NCBI GenBank assembly: GCA_951406725.2
Contig: OX597833.1
Span: 21,762,001 to 21,826,000 of the forward strand
Direction: 5' to 3'
DNA: 64,000 nucleotides
Source: Octopus vulgaris
Lineage: Eukaryota
Of the stretch, positions 36,609 through 49,809 are shown in pieces (within the stretch, counting starts at the first letter, position 1; each line of letters opens with the position of its first letter). The translations under genes were made by a program, and so were the position numbers. The notes beneath the pieces were generated by a model. It saw only the letters and a list, made by a program, of their open reading frames with translations. It searched no databases and was not told the origin of the DNA.

Positions 36609-37397
36609 AAGCGACGCCAGGTCATCAGCGTCACTCGGGATCATCACAGATTTCGCATAGAACACATACCTGCTCGAAGAATTTCACGTTTTTCCGCAAT
36701 ATTTCTCACCTCAGATATCTTATTTTCTGTATCTAGTCCTATGTCTTTCTCCATTTCTAAGTTAGGGGTAAAAATTAAGCAACCCTGTAAAAACACAACT
36801 GATCTTTACACACAGACGCACAGAATAACAGCAATCAAATAGCGACAGCAGACTTGCACAAAAATCGTCAGCGAGCTGACAGATGCCAGTTAGTCTTTTA
36901 CACCTACCAGGGTCGTTTATATCAGCCCGAGTTGCTGGATAATTTTTCGTTCTTTTATTGTAGAACGGAAACTATTCATAGACTGGAATTTAAATCCTAA
37001 TCTCTATAGAAATTTATTGTTTCAAGAAAACTTAATTTGAATTACTGTTAATTTTTACAATTACAGATAACAACTCGGGCTATAACTTCTGGGCCCGAGT
37101 CAGGCGCGTGTGAACGATGTTGAGAGAACGTCTGTTACGAATGATATTTTTTGACACAGACGATCACCAGACGCTGAACAAAAATAAATGAGCTGCGACC
37201 AGGCTCAATAAAAGGAGCCAGAGTTACTGGCTGCAATTATATACTTGAAGTCAGTGTTGGCAGAAATTAAATCGCTTTGAAAATACACGTTCACTTTGCT
37301 AAATTTTTTATTTTTTTACTCGGGCTAAGCCCGAACAGCCCGAGTGTTGGAGTCGCCACTGAGATATATATTTGGTAGACGTAAACTGAAAGAAGCT

Positions 37398-37440
<43 letters not shown>

Positions 37441-37476
37441 GTGTGTGTGTGTAGATATATACACACATTCCCCCTT

Positions 37477-37795
37477 TCGTTTATTTAATCGACCCCGAGG
37501 GGATGAAAAGCAAAGTCGACCTCGGCGGAATTTGAACTAAGAACGTAGCGGCAGACGAAATACCTATTTATTTACTACCCACAAGGGGCTACACACAGAG
37601 AGGACAAACAAGGACAGACAAACGGATTAAGTAGATTACATCGACCCTAGTGCGTAACTGGTACTTAATTTATCGACCCCGAAAGGATGAAAGGCAAAGT
37701 GGACCTCGGCGGAATTTGAACTCAGAACGTAACGGTAGACGAAATACGGCTACGCATTTCGCCCGGCGTGCTAACGTTTCTGCCAGCTCGCCGCC
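37477..37795 (-). mobile_element. SINE B with partial tandem second unit
   Basis: Full GGCGGCGAGCTGGCAGAAACGTTAGC head at 37795. Confidence 0.92.
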
Positions 37796-38344
37796 TTGAC
37801 AACGACAACAACAACGCACAGACAGATACAGCTCATATTCTTTGTTTCAGTGCAAAACGAGGGCAGTGTGACAATATGATACAATGTCAAAAACAGTACA
37901 TTGTGTATGCAGTAAAGAGACAGTTAAATATAGACATATTAAAAGGAATGCTGAAATACAGAGAGAGAGGGACAGAAAAAAGAGAGAGGAGAAGGAGTCA
38001 GTTGATAGACTGGAGAGCGACGTAGTGCTGGCGGTGGAGGACGGAGGCGGAGATAAGTATGTTTGTAGTGAAGGGATGGGGGGTGGGACCACGTGTGACG
38101 AATGACGTAATAATAAGGCGATGACGTAAAATAAGGCATACGAAAGTTATTTTTAAAAGAAAATTGAATTCAGTCGAAGAATACACTTATTTCACTCAGC
38201 AATAATGTGGGAGTTTAAAACGTGATCGACTTCCCGCCTTCCGTTAAAATTGCTGGTGTTGTACTAAAAATAGAAAGGATTATAAATGTGTGTGTTTAAT
38301 TATGCAAACAGGAAAAGACGAGCTCGGCAGAATTTGAACTCAGG

Positions 38345-38505
38345 AAGGCGGCGATTTGGCAGAATCTTTAGCACCCCGAGTGAAATGCTTAGCTTTTCAT
38401 CCTTTCGGGGTCGACAAATCAAGTACCAGTTATGTACTGGGTCGGTCTAATCGACTGGCTCTCCCTCCCCCAAAATTTCGGGCCTTGTGCCCAGAGTAGA
38501 AAGGA
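38345..38505 (+). mobile_element. SINE B, internally deleted, nested in an opposite-strand SINE B
   Basis: Family B head and tail; the flanks read as minus-strand SINE B pieces. Confidence 0.8.
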
Positions 38506-38542
38506 ATTTGAACTTAAGAACGTAGAGTAGGGGAAAATGCCG

Positions 38543-38952
38543 GGATCTTTTCGGTTTGAACGGCAGTTTTTTTCTAGCGGTGTCATATGAAATTGTCACC
38601 CATAATTATGACCCTAGAATCGATCTATTGCATTTCAATCTCTTTTAGGGTTAGGGTTAGGGGAAGGGTATCTTTTTTTCTTCACGAATGTAAATTAACC
38701 CAATCTGTTTCTTAAACGAGGGACATATTCATACGGCACAGAATGCTCTTTAACTCAATAGACGTCACTGATTGGTTGAAATTGCAGAAATTGAAGAAAA
38801 AAACAACAAATATCTTACAAACTATAGAATTTTCTCAATAAAGCCAAGAGAAAAAGATGTTTCATAAACACATTCTACCAGTATACGAAGTTTAAAATCT
38901 TTTAATTACCTAGAAATTATGTTAAAAACTGCCGTTCAAACCGAAAAGATCC
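38543..38952 (+). mobile_element. MITE family T2 with perfect 8-bp TSD
   Basis: 28-bp or longer TIR GGATCTTTTCGGTTTGAACGGCAGTTTT; AAATGCCG at 38535-38542 and 38953-38960; (TTAGGG)3 inside. Confidence 0.93.
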
Positions 38953-39082
38953 AAATGCCGCAATGTATTTTGTCCGGCGCGCCAAAAGGGGGTACAACTA
39001 GCTGTGTTGTTGACAAGAGCTGTGCTTACTAACCGAAAGGTCGACGGTTCGTTTCACATCATAGACACTGCTCTCTATCTAC

Positions 39083-39369
39083 CAACTAAGACATATAACT
39101 CTTGCTGAGTGGCTCAGTCCACTGGGTCGTAAACAGGCTAACACAACGTGTAAAAATACACCAGACGCCAGGAGCGAGATCGCTATGAAACTAATTGCTG
39201 TTTCGTTGATTAACAGCTTAGTAAATTCAGGCTTGAGGTTGTGACAGACGTATTTAAAATGGTTTATCTCCTGTTCGCTCCAAATTCTCTGTCCGCAACT
39301 TAAGCGAGAAGAAACAGGATTAATAAATGAACCCTCCTCTCGTTCCTCATCGTTCATTGGAACAAACAT
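39083..39369 (-). CDS. Candidate coding exon with hydrophobic segment, unknown product
   Basis: Non-repetitive ORF MFVPMNDEEREEG...AISFIAISLLASGVFLHVVLACL...; possible weak donor TG|GTAGAT. No homology recognised. Confidence 0.25.
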
Positions 39370-39732
39370 TCGACCAATCAACAGGTCAGACAATCTTTCA
39401 ATCGATCGACGACCGATCAATTACGCGTATAATCAGACAACAGAAAGAAATTGAGTATCAAATCAACCGTAGTGTGCTAAATGAATGAAATTGTTTATAT
39501 TATTTCACAAAGAAAAACCTAACATATTTTTCAGTGTTTTTGTATCATAAATGCATTATATAATATATATGTAATAACTGAATTATATACAACACACTCT
39601 AAAGTAGTTTGTTATGCAGGTGGTACCCCTGGTCCGTGGGAAAATTATCTTGCATAAAACCGGCCCGTGGTGCAAAAAAGCTTTGGGGGGGACCGCTGGT
39701 GTAGAGTTTACATTAAAAATGTAGTCGATGAC

Positions 39733-40184
39733 TGGAAAGACTTCGTTCCCACCCCACCATTTTCTCCCAAATTTGTTTATTTTCGTAATTTTTTTCCCCC
39801 CAAAATCCCCGTTTTCGGATACGGAGGTTCCGGAAAATTGCCAAAAATCGGCATTGTGAAATTCCCCCCACCCACTTTTCAATTTTTCCCCCAACACTAA
39901 CACTAACCCTAAAAAATTTTTTATAAAAAATTTTACAAAGAATTTTGAAAATTTTTTTCAGAATCATAATCTCCGTATTTTCCCGCATATTTTGAAGAAA
40001 AAAAAAATTGTGAAAAAAGTTGAAAATTGAGGAAATGGGGTAGGAGGTGGTAATTTAGAAATGTTGATTTTTGCCAGTTTTTTGGCAGGAGATTCGTATT
40101 CCCCGTAGCCGAAAGGGGAAGGGTCGAAAAAAAATTTTTTTAATAGGTGGTTTTTGAGGGAGGGGACGGGCGGAAGTCTTGCCC
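39733..40184 (+). mobile_element. MITE family T1, copy 2
   Basis: GGAAAGACTTC / GAAGTCTTGCCC ends; body nearly identical to 6324-6864, with a shorter CCCTAA array. Confidence 0.85.
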
Positions 40185-40219
40185 CATGATTAACTCTTCT
40201 ACTCAGAGTTTCGCGTATA

Positions 40220-40656
40220 TAATAATGATTTCAAATTTTGGCACAAGGCCAGGAGGAGGGGGTAAGTCGATTACATCGACCCCAGAGCTCATTTCGTTTT
40301 TATCTTATCGACCCCGAAAGACTAAGTCGACTTCGGTGGAATTTGAATTCAGAACGTATCGACGGACGAATTGCCGCTAAGCATTTCGTCCGGCGTGCTG
40401 CTAATGATTCCGCCAGCTTGCTGCCTTGACAACAATAATAATAATGGTTTCAAATTTTGTCACAAGGGCAGGAATTTGATGGGTGGGGGAAGGGTGCTAG
40501 TCGGTTATATCGACTGATACTTATTTTATCAACCCCGAAAGAATGAAAGGCAAAGTAGATAGACCTCGGTGGAAATTGAACTCAGAATGTAGTGACGGGC
40601 GAAACACCGCTAAGCATTTCGTCCAGCATGCTAACGATTCTGCCAGCACTCCGCCT
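40220..40656 (-). mobile_element. Two tandem SINE B copies
   Basis: Heads near 40426 and 40656; (TTA)n tails. Confidence 0.85.
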
Positions 40657-41372
40657 TTTTTTCGCATACATAATAACGGAGTGAATCATTCACCGATGCA
40701 AATTCGTGCGCATGCGCACGTCATGTTTTCCACCATAACGTCGAATCCCGCCGTCTCAAAACCATAACTTTACGGTACGACAGAAAAAAAAGAAGAAAAT
40801 TAGATCGATAAAATACGTACTGGATTTGATATCAAGAAGTACGAAAGCTGAATGTAAGGAGGTATCCGACATGGCGGCCGTAGTCTAAAACTAGTAAAAG
40901 AAATGACTAAAACTAGTAAAAGGAAGAAACGCGTGTGCGCACACACACATACAAACTAAAAGTACAGTCAAGTCGACATTATGCTGCATAACGAGAAAAA
41001 AAAATGTCATTCTTCAGCATATCAGAAGCAGGGTTACTGACATGGGCTGCAAGTGGAGGATTACGCTACACTTCAGACCTGCACGCTATGATTTCACCAC
41101 ACAGAAAGTTGAACTACTTAACGCCTCTTGCTTCTTTCCTTTCCTTTCTTCTTCCTTTATTTATTTTATTTTATTTTAATTTTTCATTGCAGTGCAGTCC
41201 TGTTGGGACAATACCCTGACGGGTTCAGTCGAAAAACAAATCGACCCCAGCTTTATCGATGCTTTACCGAGCCGCTAAGTTACAGGGTCGGAAACAAACG
41301 AACACCAATTGTCAAGCGGTGAAGGAGAGGGACAAACACTAATACATGCATATATATACATATATATATGTA

Positions 41373-41419
<47 letters not shown>

Positions 41420-41480
41420 CTCAGTATGAGCAATTATCTGGTAGTTGATCATTAAGATGTGTTTCTCCATTTTCTTATTT

Positions 41481-41525
<45 letters not shown>

Positions 41526-41569
41526 CTACATATATATATATATATAATATATATATGTATGTATGTATA

Positions 41570-41745
41570 TTACTCTTTTATTCTTTTGTTTGTTCCAGTT
41601 ATGTGACTGCGGCCATGCTGGAGTACCGGCTTTCGTCGAACAAATCGACCCCATGATTTATTCTTTGTAAGCCTAGTACTTATTTTATCGGTTCATTTTG
41701 CCGAACCGCTAAGTTACAGGGACGTAAACACACCAGCAACGGTTG

Positions 41746-41803
<58 letters not shown>

Positions 41804-42510
41804 TGGGGTGACAAGTTCAAAATAAGCAATGTCCGGCTACCTAGAATAAAGTACTCTGAGATATGTCCCAGAGTGAATAAAAATCGGACGCGTGGGTGTG
41901 CGGTAAGAAGCTTGCTTCCCATCTATATGGTTCAGTTTCACTGAGTGGCACGTTGGGAAAGAGTCTTGAATTCTATAGCCCCGGGCCGACCAAAGCGTTG
42001 TGGGTGGATTTGGGAGACGGAAACTGGAAGAAGCCCTCCTTGACGCTAGGGAAAAGTGGAAAAGTCTTTGACGTTTCGAGCCGACGCTCTTCGATAGAAA
42101 GGAATGAAAGGAAGAGAAAGAATCTTTCCCGGGTTAGGGTTAGTGTTGCGGAAAAAAGTCAAAATTGAAGAAGTTGGGGGAGAAGGGGGGGTTTCATAAT
42201 GCAGATTTTCGGCAATTTTCCGGAACCTCCGTATCCGAAAATGGGGGAGGGTACGGGCGGAAGTCTTTCCCGAAATGTGTCGGAGATTAACGGTTTCACA
42301 TTGTGAGTGCGAGTGTGCGCTTGTCCCGCTTCATCACAGCTTCACAACCGGTATTATTATGTTTACGTAACATAGCGGTTCGACAAAAGAGACCGATAAA
42401 ATAAGTACCAGGGTTAAAAAACGTGTGGTCGATTCATTCAAATTTCTTCAAGGCGGTGCCACAGCATGGCCGCAGTCAAATGACTGAAACAATTTAAAGA
42501 TAAAAGATAA
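41570..42510. mobile_element. Nest of SINE A fragments, a Penelope-like fragment (42035-42125) and a T1 MITE half (42126-42271, minus)
   Basis: Family motifs are recognisable in sequence; the T1 TIR GAAGTCTTTCCC is at 42260-42271. Confidence 0.8.
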
Positions 42511-42941
42511 CGATTAACGATTAAACGTTTCACACGATGTTGTAACTAAGGGCAACTTTCTCATACAATCACTTATTTTTAGCAAACGATCTGTTTTCCC
42601 GTTTTTAAAACCGATCTAGCAACCCTGCTTGTCATACATTCCTTTCTATTTAAGATTATTAAAAAAACAGACACTTGTTACCTTTCACTTACGTATCCCA
42701 TATTTTAACGAAACGTTCCAACTTATTTTTGTCCCAACATGAGTTATGTCTCTTCTCATCTACCTCTCGATGATACACGTACGGAATATGAGAAGAATGC
42801 TTTTTAAGGGCGATATATTTTAATGCTTACACCAAGTAAATATCTATCACAGCTCTAATTTCTTAATTCCTTAGATCCCCCCTTTTTTCTTTTTCCCTAG
42901 CACCCACTCTTTCTCTCTCTATCTATCTATACAGATATATG

Positions 42942-43014
<73 letters not shown>
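42942..43014. repeat. (GATA)n microsatellite
   Basis: Direct tandem run. Confidence 0.95.
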
Positions 43015-43015
<1 letters not shown>

Positions 43016-44189
43016 GCTTCTTAAAGCACACCAACAATCTTTCGTTTGTTTACGTTTTCCAACCGGTGCATAAAGACGCCGGTTTCCTCTCCACCTACCC
43101 AACAAATTCTAGTGACCATCCTTGTTTATTTATCGCTGTCAAATATCTAACCCAACCCAGATACTCAATTGTTTTATATATAGTAAAAAAAAAAGAGAAA
43201 TAAATAAATAATCCACACATACTACATGCATGAGCCAACTGGAAACCCACACAGTCGGCAATCCCAGCTCACAAAATAGAAAAATGGAAAGAAAAAAGAA
43301 AAAGAAAAACCAGCCCACACAAATGCCACACACACCAGCCAACGTGAAGTCGACCTTTCTACTTACTTAGCTGCACGAATTGCTAGAAACTGCAGCTAAA
43401 TCACCCTCCGATCACACTCAGTCATATTAAAACAAAAAATGAAAGTACACATTGTCGACAATTTTGTGCTCCTTGCTTATGAAATTAATCTTACAATCGT
43501 ACTTGTTACAGATCCCTTTCTGTTTAAGAACATTAAAAGGAAAAAAGTTACAGACACTTGTTACCTTTACGCATTCCATATTTTAACAAAACAGTTCAAA
43601 GTAGTGCTGTAGCGTGGCCACAGTCTAATGATTGAAATAAGTGAAGTCCAGTAAAAGACACAAAGTGCTCGCGGTTAAGACGCTTTTGATAATGTCTGCT
43701 TGAAAAGGGCCAGGGTTCCTAAACAACAACTCAACATTCGGTAAAAGAGAGGAGAAAATTGTAGATGCGGTAAAGTGTTGGACAATTCAGCTCGACGTCC
43801 TAAGTTCGATTTCTGCCATAGGTCGATCGACTTTTAATAACATTCATTCCACTGACAAAAGAAAGGGAAGTTGTCGATGAAATTACTAGCTGTGGTAATA
43901 TACTAGGAAGATTCTTTCCGCTATAAATTTGTAATTTTGTGTTTATGTAAGGAAACTGATAATCCAACGAATCAGAATTGATTTAAAATAAATATAAAAT
44001 CCATTGTAGGTAATATACCTAGCCGTTTGCTGGACAACAGGGTTACCAGGAACAAAGTTGTCACATTCGGTGACAACTAACGGATTTGAATTTCTAACCG
44101 GTATAAAATTTCTAATACTATAGTTTAAAAATCCTATTGAATTTACTATATTAAAAACTGTAGTAAATTAGAATACACGTACACACATA

Positions 44190-44240
<51 letters not shown>

Positions 44241-44251
<11 letters not shown>

Positions 44252-44631
44252 CTAAAGTTGCCTCTGTGTGTGTGTGTGTATGGCAAGTTTGGTAGCCTTC
44301 AACTAACACTATCTCCTCCGAGACCCTGCGGCGCAAGTTGACCAAAATTGAGAGTATGATGGAAGAAGGCTTGCTCTTCATTCCGTAGAAGAAAAAATTC
44401 AAATCGGACCATGTTAACACTAAACTTTATTTACATCAAAAAGGTGGGGGGGGGGTCTATGATAATCCCTATCTTTTACGATTTTTTGACTGCTGTGTCG
44501 CCATTTTTCGGTGTAATACAACCAGAAAAATGTTCCCTTACAAAGAATAAAAAGCTACAAAATGCAGTCTGCCGTTTTAAGTGCAACTAAAAAAAACAAA
44601 CAAACCCGAGCAACGCTGGGCTATACTGCTA

Positions 44632-44632
<1 letters not shown>
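44241..44632 (+). mobile_element. Non-autonomous Helitron with H2-type 3' end
   Basis: CCCGAGCAACGCTGGG hairpin, then CTAG|T; embedded in (TA)n. Confidence 0.8.
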
Positions 44633-44694
<62 letters not shown>

Positions 44695-44721
44695 GTGTTG
44701 TACGTGTGTGTGTATCTTGCA

Positions 44722-45114
44722 TATTTTACTTGTTTCAGTCATTAGACTGCAGCCATGCAGAGACACCATACCGAATTTTTTTTTTAGTGGAATGAATGAA
44801 CCCTAGTATTTATACATATTTTTTAAAGCATTGTGCTTATTCTATCGGAGTTCTTTTGCCGAACAGTTAAGTTACGGAGATGTAAACACACAAACACCGA
44901 TTGTCAAACTGTGGTGTGTGACAAACACTCACCACTACACAAAACACACACACACACACACAAACACATATGCATAAATACGACAGGCTTCTTTCAGTTT
45001 CCGCCTACCAAATCCACTCACAACCCGGCTCGAGGCTAAAGTAGAAGACATTCAATGAAGGTGTCATGCAGTGGTTGGGAAGAAAACTTTTTATCACACA
45101 GCCACGCCTGCGCC
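44722..45114 (-). mobile_element. SINE A, diverged
   Basis: Head AGGCGCAGGCGTGGCTGTGTG on minus. Confidence 0.85.
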
Positions 45115-45333
45115 TAGCTTATACTATATATTCGGGAAGTATTTCTCGTTATTAATACATTTATCCCACGCTACACAGAGTACCGCATACACAACAATCC
45201 CATAACACTTAAGTGGGCAGGTTCGGAATAATATACGGTAACCAGCAACAAGTAGCATAGGAGCTTTTATGACGGCACAACCATTTGCCATATACAAAAT
45301 ATACATTTGTCGTATACAAAATACAAAGACATA

Positions 45334-45714
45334 GGAGGCGCAATGGCCCAGTGGTTAGGGCAGCGGACTCGCGGTCATTGGATCGCGGTTTCGATTCCCA
45401 GACCGGGCGTTGTGAATGTTTATTGAGCGAAAACATCTAAAGCTCCACGAGGCTCCGGCAGGGGATGGTGGTGATCCCTGCTGTACTCTTTCACCACAAC
45501 TTTCTCTCACTCTTACTTCCTGTTTCTGTTGTACCTGTATTTCAAAGGGCCGGCCTTGTCACTCTCTGTGTCACGCTGAATATCCCCGAGAACTACGTTA
45601 AGGGTACACGTGTCTGTGGAGTGCTCAGCCACTTGCATGTTAATTTCACGAGCAGGCTGTTCCGTTGATCGGATCAACCGGAACCCTCGCCGTCGTAACC
45701 GACGGAGTGATTCC
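45334..45714 (+). mobile_element. SINE C, full length, with 11-bp TSD
   Basis: ACAAAGACATA at 45323-45333 and 45715-45725; intact A and B boxes. Confidence 0.95.
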
Positions 45715-45829
45715 ACAAAGACATATAAATTATTAAGGTGGCTTTTTCGCAATTTACAACCAAAAGGCACAAGTATAGTCGTCAGTAAGGTGACTAAAAC
45801 ACCAGTACTGGTAGTCAGCACCGGTCTTA

Positions 45830-46000
45830 GTGAGAAATAAGAGTCAGAACAACTCATTTTTGCCAGCTGAGTGGACTGGAGCAATGTGAAATAAAGTGTT
45901 TTACTCAAGAACACAATGCATTGACCGGTCTAGGGATCGAAACCACAATCTTACGATCGCAACTACAACAGTCTGACCATTAAACCGACCACTTTCACTG
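45830..46000 (-). mobile_element. Old tRNA-derived SINE
   Basis: Minus reads GTGGTCGGTTTAATGG...GGTTTCGATCCC...GTGTTCTTGAGTAAAACACTT; relatives at 12855-12990 and 34266. Confidence 0.7.
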
Positions 46001-46084
46001 CATACACCTACATACATACATACATACATACATACATACATACATACATACATACATACATACATACATACATACATCAAACTT

Positions 46085-46282
46085 ACAGAAAACAAAAGAT
46101 GAAGACAGGTGAGGGAACAACAAGCAGATAAATTAGTTTGACGCTCAGGAAGACTGCAGATGTCTTTGACGTTTCGAGTCTACGCTACTAGACAGAAAGG
46201 GATGATAGGAAAAAATGGAGAGAACGAAAAAAACACAGAGAGAAAAAAACGTGTAGGCATTAACGGTTAAGAATATAAAATT

Positions 46283-46328
<46 letters not shown>

Positions 46329-46500
46329 TTAATCGCAAAAAAAAACAATGAGAGGACGTGGTACATGCATAGTATTAACAGACGCTCAGGGAAGGAAAGA
46401 AAGGTTGTTTTACGTTTCGAGCAAAGCTCTTCAAAAATAGGAGTCAGAGGAAAGTCCAAGAGAAAAGGAAGACATGAAAAAAAACCGTCAACAATTCATA
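46085..46500 (-). mobile_element. Two Penelope-like terminal fragments with decayed hammerhead motifs
   Basis: CTCGAAACGTCAAAG (about 46165-46180) and GAAGAGCTTTGCTCGAAACGTA (about 46410-46432) on minus, separated by (TA)n. Confidence 0.6.
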
Positions 46501-46517
46501 TGTAGTTACATTTTGAA

Positions 46518-46524
46518 ATGTATA

Positions 46525-46576
<52 letters not shown>

Positions 46577-46812
46577 CGTATATGTGTGTACGTATATACG
46601 TGTGAGTATATATATACATACACAAATATATTATATTATATACATGTGTGCGTATATATATATATGTGTGTGTGTTTGTGTGTGTATGTATGTATATGTA
46701 TATATCTATATATATATATACATACACACACACACATATACATGTATGTGTACATATATATATATATGCCTGTATCTATGTATGTATGATTTATGTATGT
46801 GTATATGTGTGT
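46518..46812. repeat. (TA/TG/CA) microsatellite tract
   Basis: Mixed dinucleotide runs. Confidence 0.95.
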
Positions 46813-47706
46813 CACTTTTAAAAGTCATCCTCTACAGATTTTCTATAGAAATCAGAGCCATGACTGATTTGTTACGTTTCGTACCCGAATACGTCTAATG
46901 TAAAACAATGCGATGGAAGAAAGAAAAATAGGTAATGGTTGTACATGCACATTTCAGGACTTCTTGCTCTTTCTTCCGCACCACATCCAGTTGCCAGGAA
47001 TGTGTTTTTAATATGTAAATTAGGCATATCCATTAGTGTTCGTGGTTGGTTAATCGTACAATGGGCTTCCCTCAGTTTCTGTCTATCAAATCCACTCACA
47101 AGGCTTTGATCAGCCCAGGTTATTAGTAAAAGACTATAGAAGGCTGTTGTTGCGGACCAAAGCTTTGTGAGTAAATGTTTGACGGAAACTGTGTGGAAGC
47201 CCGTAGTATATGTCGCGTATATGTGCGTGTGAGAGTGTCTTTATATTTGTGTCTCTCCCTCCACGGCTTGACAAGTGTTGGTTTGTTTACATCCCCGTAA
47301 CTTAGCGGCTCGGTAAAAGATACCGATAGAACAAGTACAAGATTTAATTTTTAAAAAAAGGACTGGGGTCGATTTGTTCGATTACAACCCTGGGAGGTGG
47401 AGTCCAATAGTTGAAACGAGACACACAGACACACGCTCACAGACTTATGTAGGTCAGTACTTCTAAATAAACAAACACCTATGTGATCTTTTTTAATAGT
47501 TCGCTAATTAACTGGTAAAGAAAAATCAATTTTTTTGTTATAAACAAACGAATCCAGCTTGTTTTTGTTGCTTTCTTTCTTTCTTTCTTTTTTTTCGAAC
47601 GGTAATAAAAATTGAAAAAGAAGGATCAACAGAAATATAATAAAGAATCGTTTCTTGAAGTAAAAGCTCTTGCTTAGAATTGAATCCATTCTGAAATTTC
47701 TTAGAC

Positions 47707-48039
47707 CAGTGGTTATCCACCGAGGTCTATATGGCCCTGAAAGTCCATATAAGATTTTGCAGGGTCCACTCAAACGAAATAGTACATTGAGGATCTACAA
47801 TGGTATTTTAAGGACCCCACAAAATATTTTGCTTTTAATGTATGTATTGGTATGTATTGCAAGAACCAGCTAGGTTTCTTTCGCTAACATTTTACATAGT
47901 TCAATCTACCCAGGATAAAGAGTGAAAAAGAAAATACGAATTTTGAAAGAAGTTTTTAAACATCGAATGGTTATGGCGGTCCACCAGGATCAAATAGTAA
48001 TCTAAGGGGCCCATAGATGAAAAGTATTGAGAACCCCTG
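47707..48039 (-). mobile_element. hAT-like MITE family 2 with 8-bp TSD
   Basis: CAGTGGTTATCC / TTGAGAACCCCTG; TCTTAGAC/CCTTAGAC flanks. A third copy lies at 56858-57105. Confidence 0.88.
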
Positions 48040-48532
48040 CCTTAGACGCCACTCTAGACGTTGTTTTTGCAATTCAGTGAGACTTTGTGTTAGTGTATAC
48101 GTGTATCTATTGATATACGTATATGTATGACATATATCAATAGATATAGTAAAGAAAAGGGAAGCACTTCTGCAAATCCCGGCTATCAACCGAATATTCG
48201 TAGATATATTTATCTTAAGAAGAAAACTATATTTTTAAGTTGAAATTCCTACTTAAGTGTATGTGTGTATAGATATAGATAAATAGATATTTCCTCTTTC
48301 TCTTTCTCTCATATATATATATATATATAAATAATTAAGAGATAGAACCTCCATAAGGTAATTCAATTAATACTGAATGATATTATATAAATTTAGATAT
48401 ATTATTATTAACGATGTACTAAAAATTTCTACACATTAAAACGACGACGCGCGTTTCGTGACTATGTAGACGAATCTACAATATCAAAAATTAATATTTA
48501 ATATTTCTTTGATCCAACAATATATATATATA

Positions 48533-48892
48533 TTACTTGTTTCGGTCATTTGACTGCGGCTATGCTTTGGAGAGCATTTTTTTTTTTGTCGAATGAATCT
48601 GCCCCAGTACTTTTTTTGACGAGACTGGTACTATTCTATCGGTCTCTTTTGTCGAATGGCTAGTATACAGAGACGCCAACACACTAACACCGGTTGTCAA
48701 GCGGTGGTGGGAACAGACAGACACACACATACATATATATACACGACGAGCCTCTTTTTCAATTTCCATCTACCAAATCCACTCACAGAGATTTAGTCGG
48801 CCCGAGTAGAAGACATTTGCCTAAGGTGCCACGCGGTGGGACTGAACCTGGAACCACGTGGATGGGAAGCAAACGTCTTACCACACGACCAC
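48533..48892 (-). mobile_element. SINE A
   Basis: Family A body. Confidence 0.87.
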
Positions 48893-49129
48893 TGTTGAAT
48901 TTTGTAAACTTTATAAACCGTGATATTCCAAGTATTAAGAGTATTATTTGTGTTTCTGATAAGACTTTATGGAAGGTCTTCTCAAAAACAACAGTTATTA
49001 AGTTTTCAGGCTGGATTCTCAAGCGTGACCAGCCGATACAATGGATACTATGCAACCATCTCGTCTACCAATACCGAAGGATTGCCTAATTTATATCTGT
49101 GGGTTTCTTTTGTAGATATTTGTTTTCTG

Positions 49130-49523
49130 TTTATCCTTTTAATTGTTTCAGTCATTTGACTGCGGCCATGCTGAAGCACCGCCTTGAGGGGTTTTTTAGT
49201 CGAACAAATCGACCCCAGGACTTAAGCCTAGTCCCTGTTCTATCAGACTCTTTTGCTGAACCGCTATGTCACGGGGTCATAAACACACCAACATCGGTTG
49301 TCAAGCGGTGATGGGGGACAAACACAGACACAAAGTCACACACACACATAGATATATACATACACACACACGGCGGGTTTCTTTCAGTTTCCGTCTACCA
49401 AATCCACTCACGAGGCATTGGTCGGCCCGAGGCTATAGCAGAAGACACCCGCCCAAGATGCCACGCAGTGGGAGTGAACCCTGAACCATGTGGTTGGGAA
49501 GCAAGCTTCTTACCACAGCCACC
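49130..49523 (-). mobile_element. SINE A
   Basis: Family A head, body and tail. Confidence 0.92.
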
Positions 49524-49809
49524 TGAATGGGATTTTAGAAACTACGTCAGCGAGCAGTCTCAAGCTGTAATCTGGGGGAAAAGTTACCCGCATCAGTGTC
49601 TACGCACTGTGTTTGACGGCATAAAAGATGCACAGGCATTTCAGATGCACCTCGAATTCAGTAAAATCTGCAAAAAATAATCAAAGCCTGCCGTCTTCAA
49701 CAACATTCTTATAATTAATACACATAAGATGATGCAGTCTTACCATCATCAATTTAAACCTCTTTGATCGTAGATCTGATCTGTTACTGCTGCCCGCTGA
49801 CTCGGGACG

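Noticed and set aside
45334-45410. tRNA gene
   Set aside because: The tRNA-like head continues into a SINE body with TSDs and has no clean acceptor stem; the same applies to the other heads.
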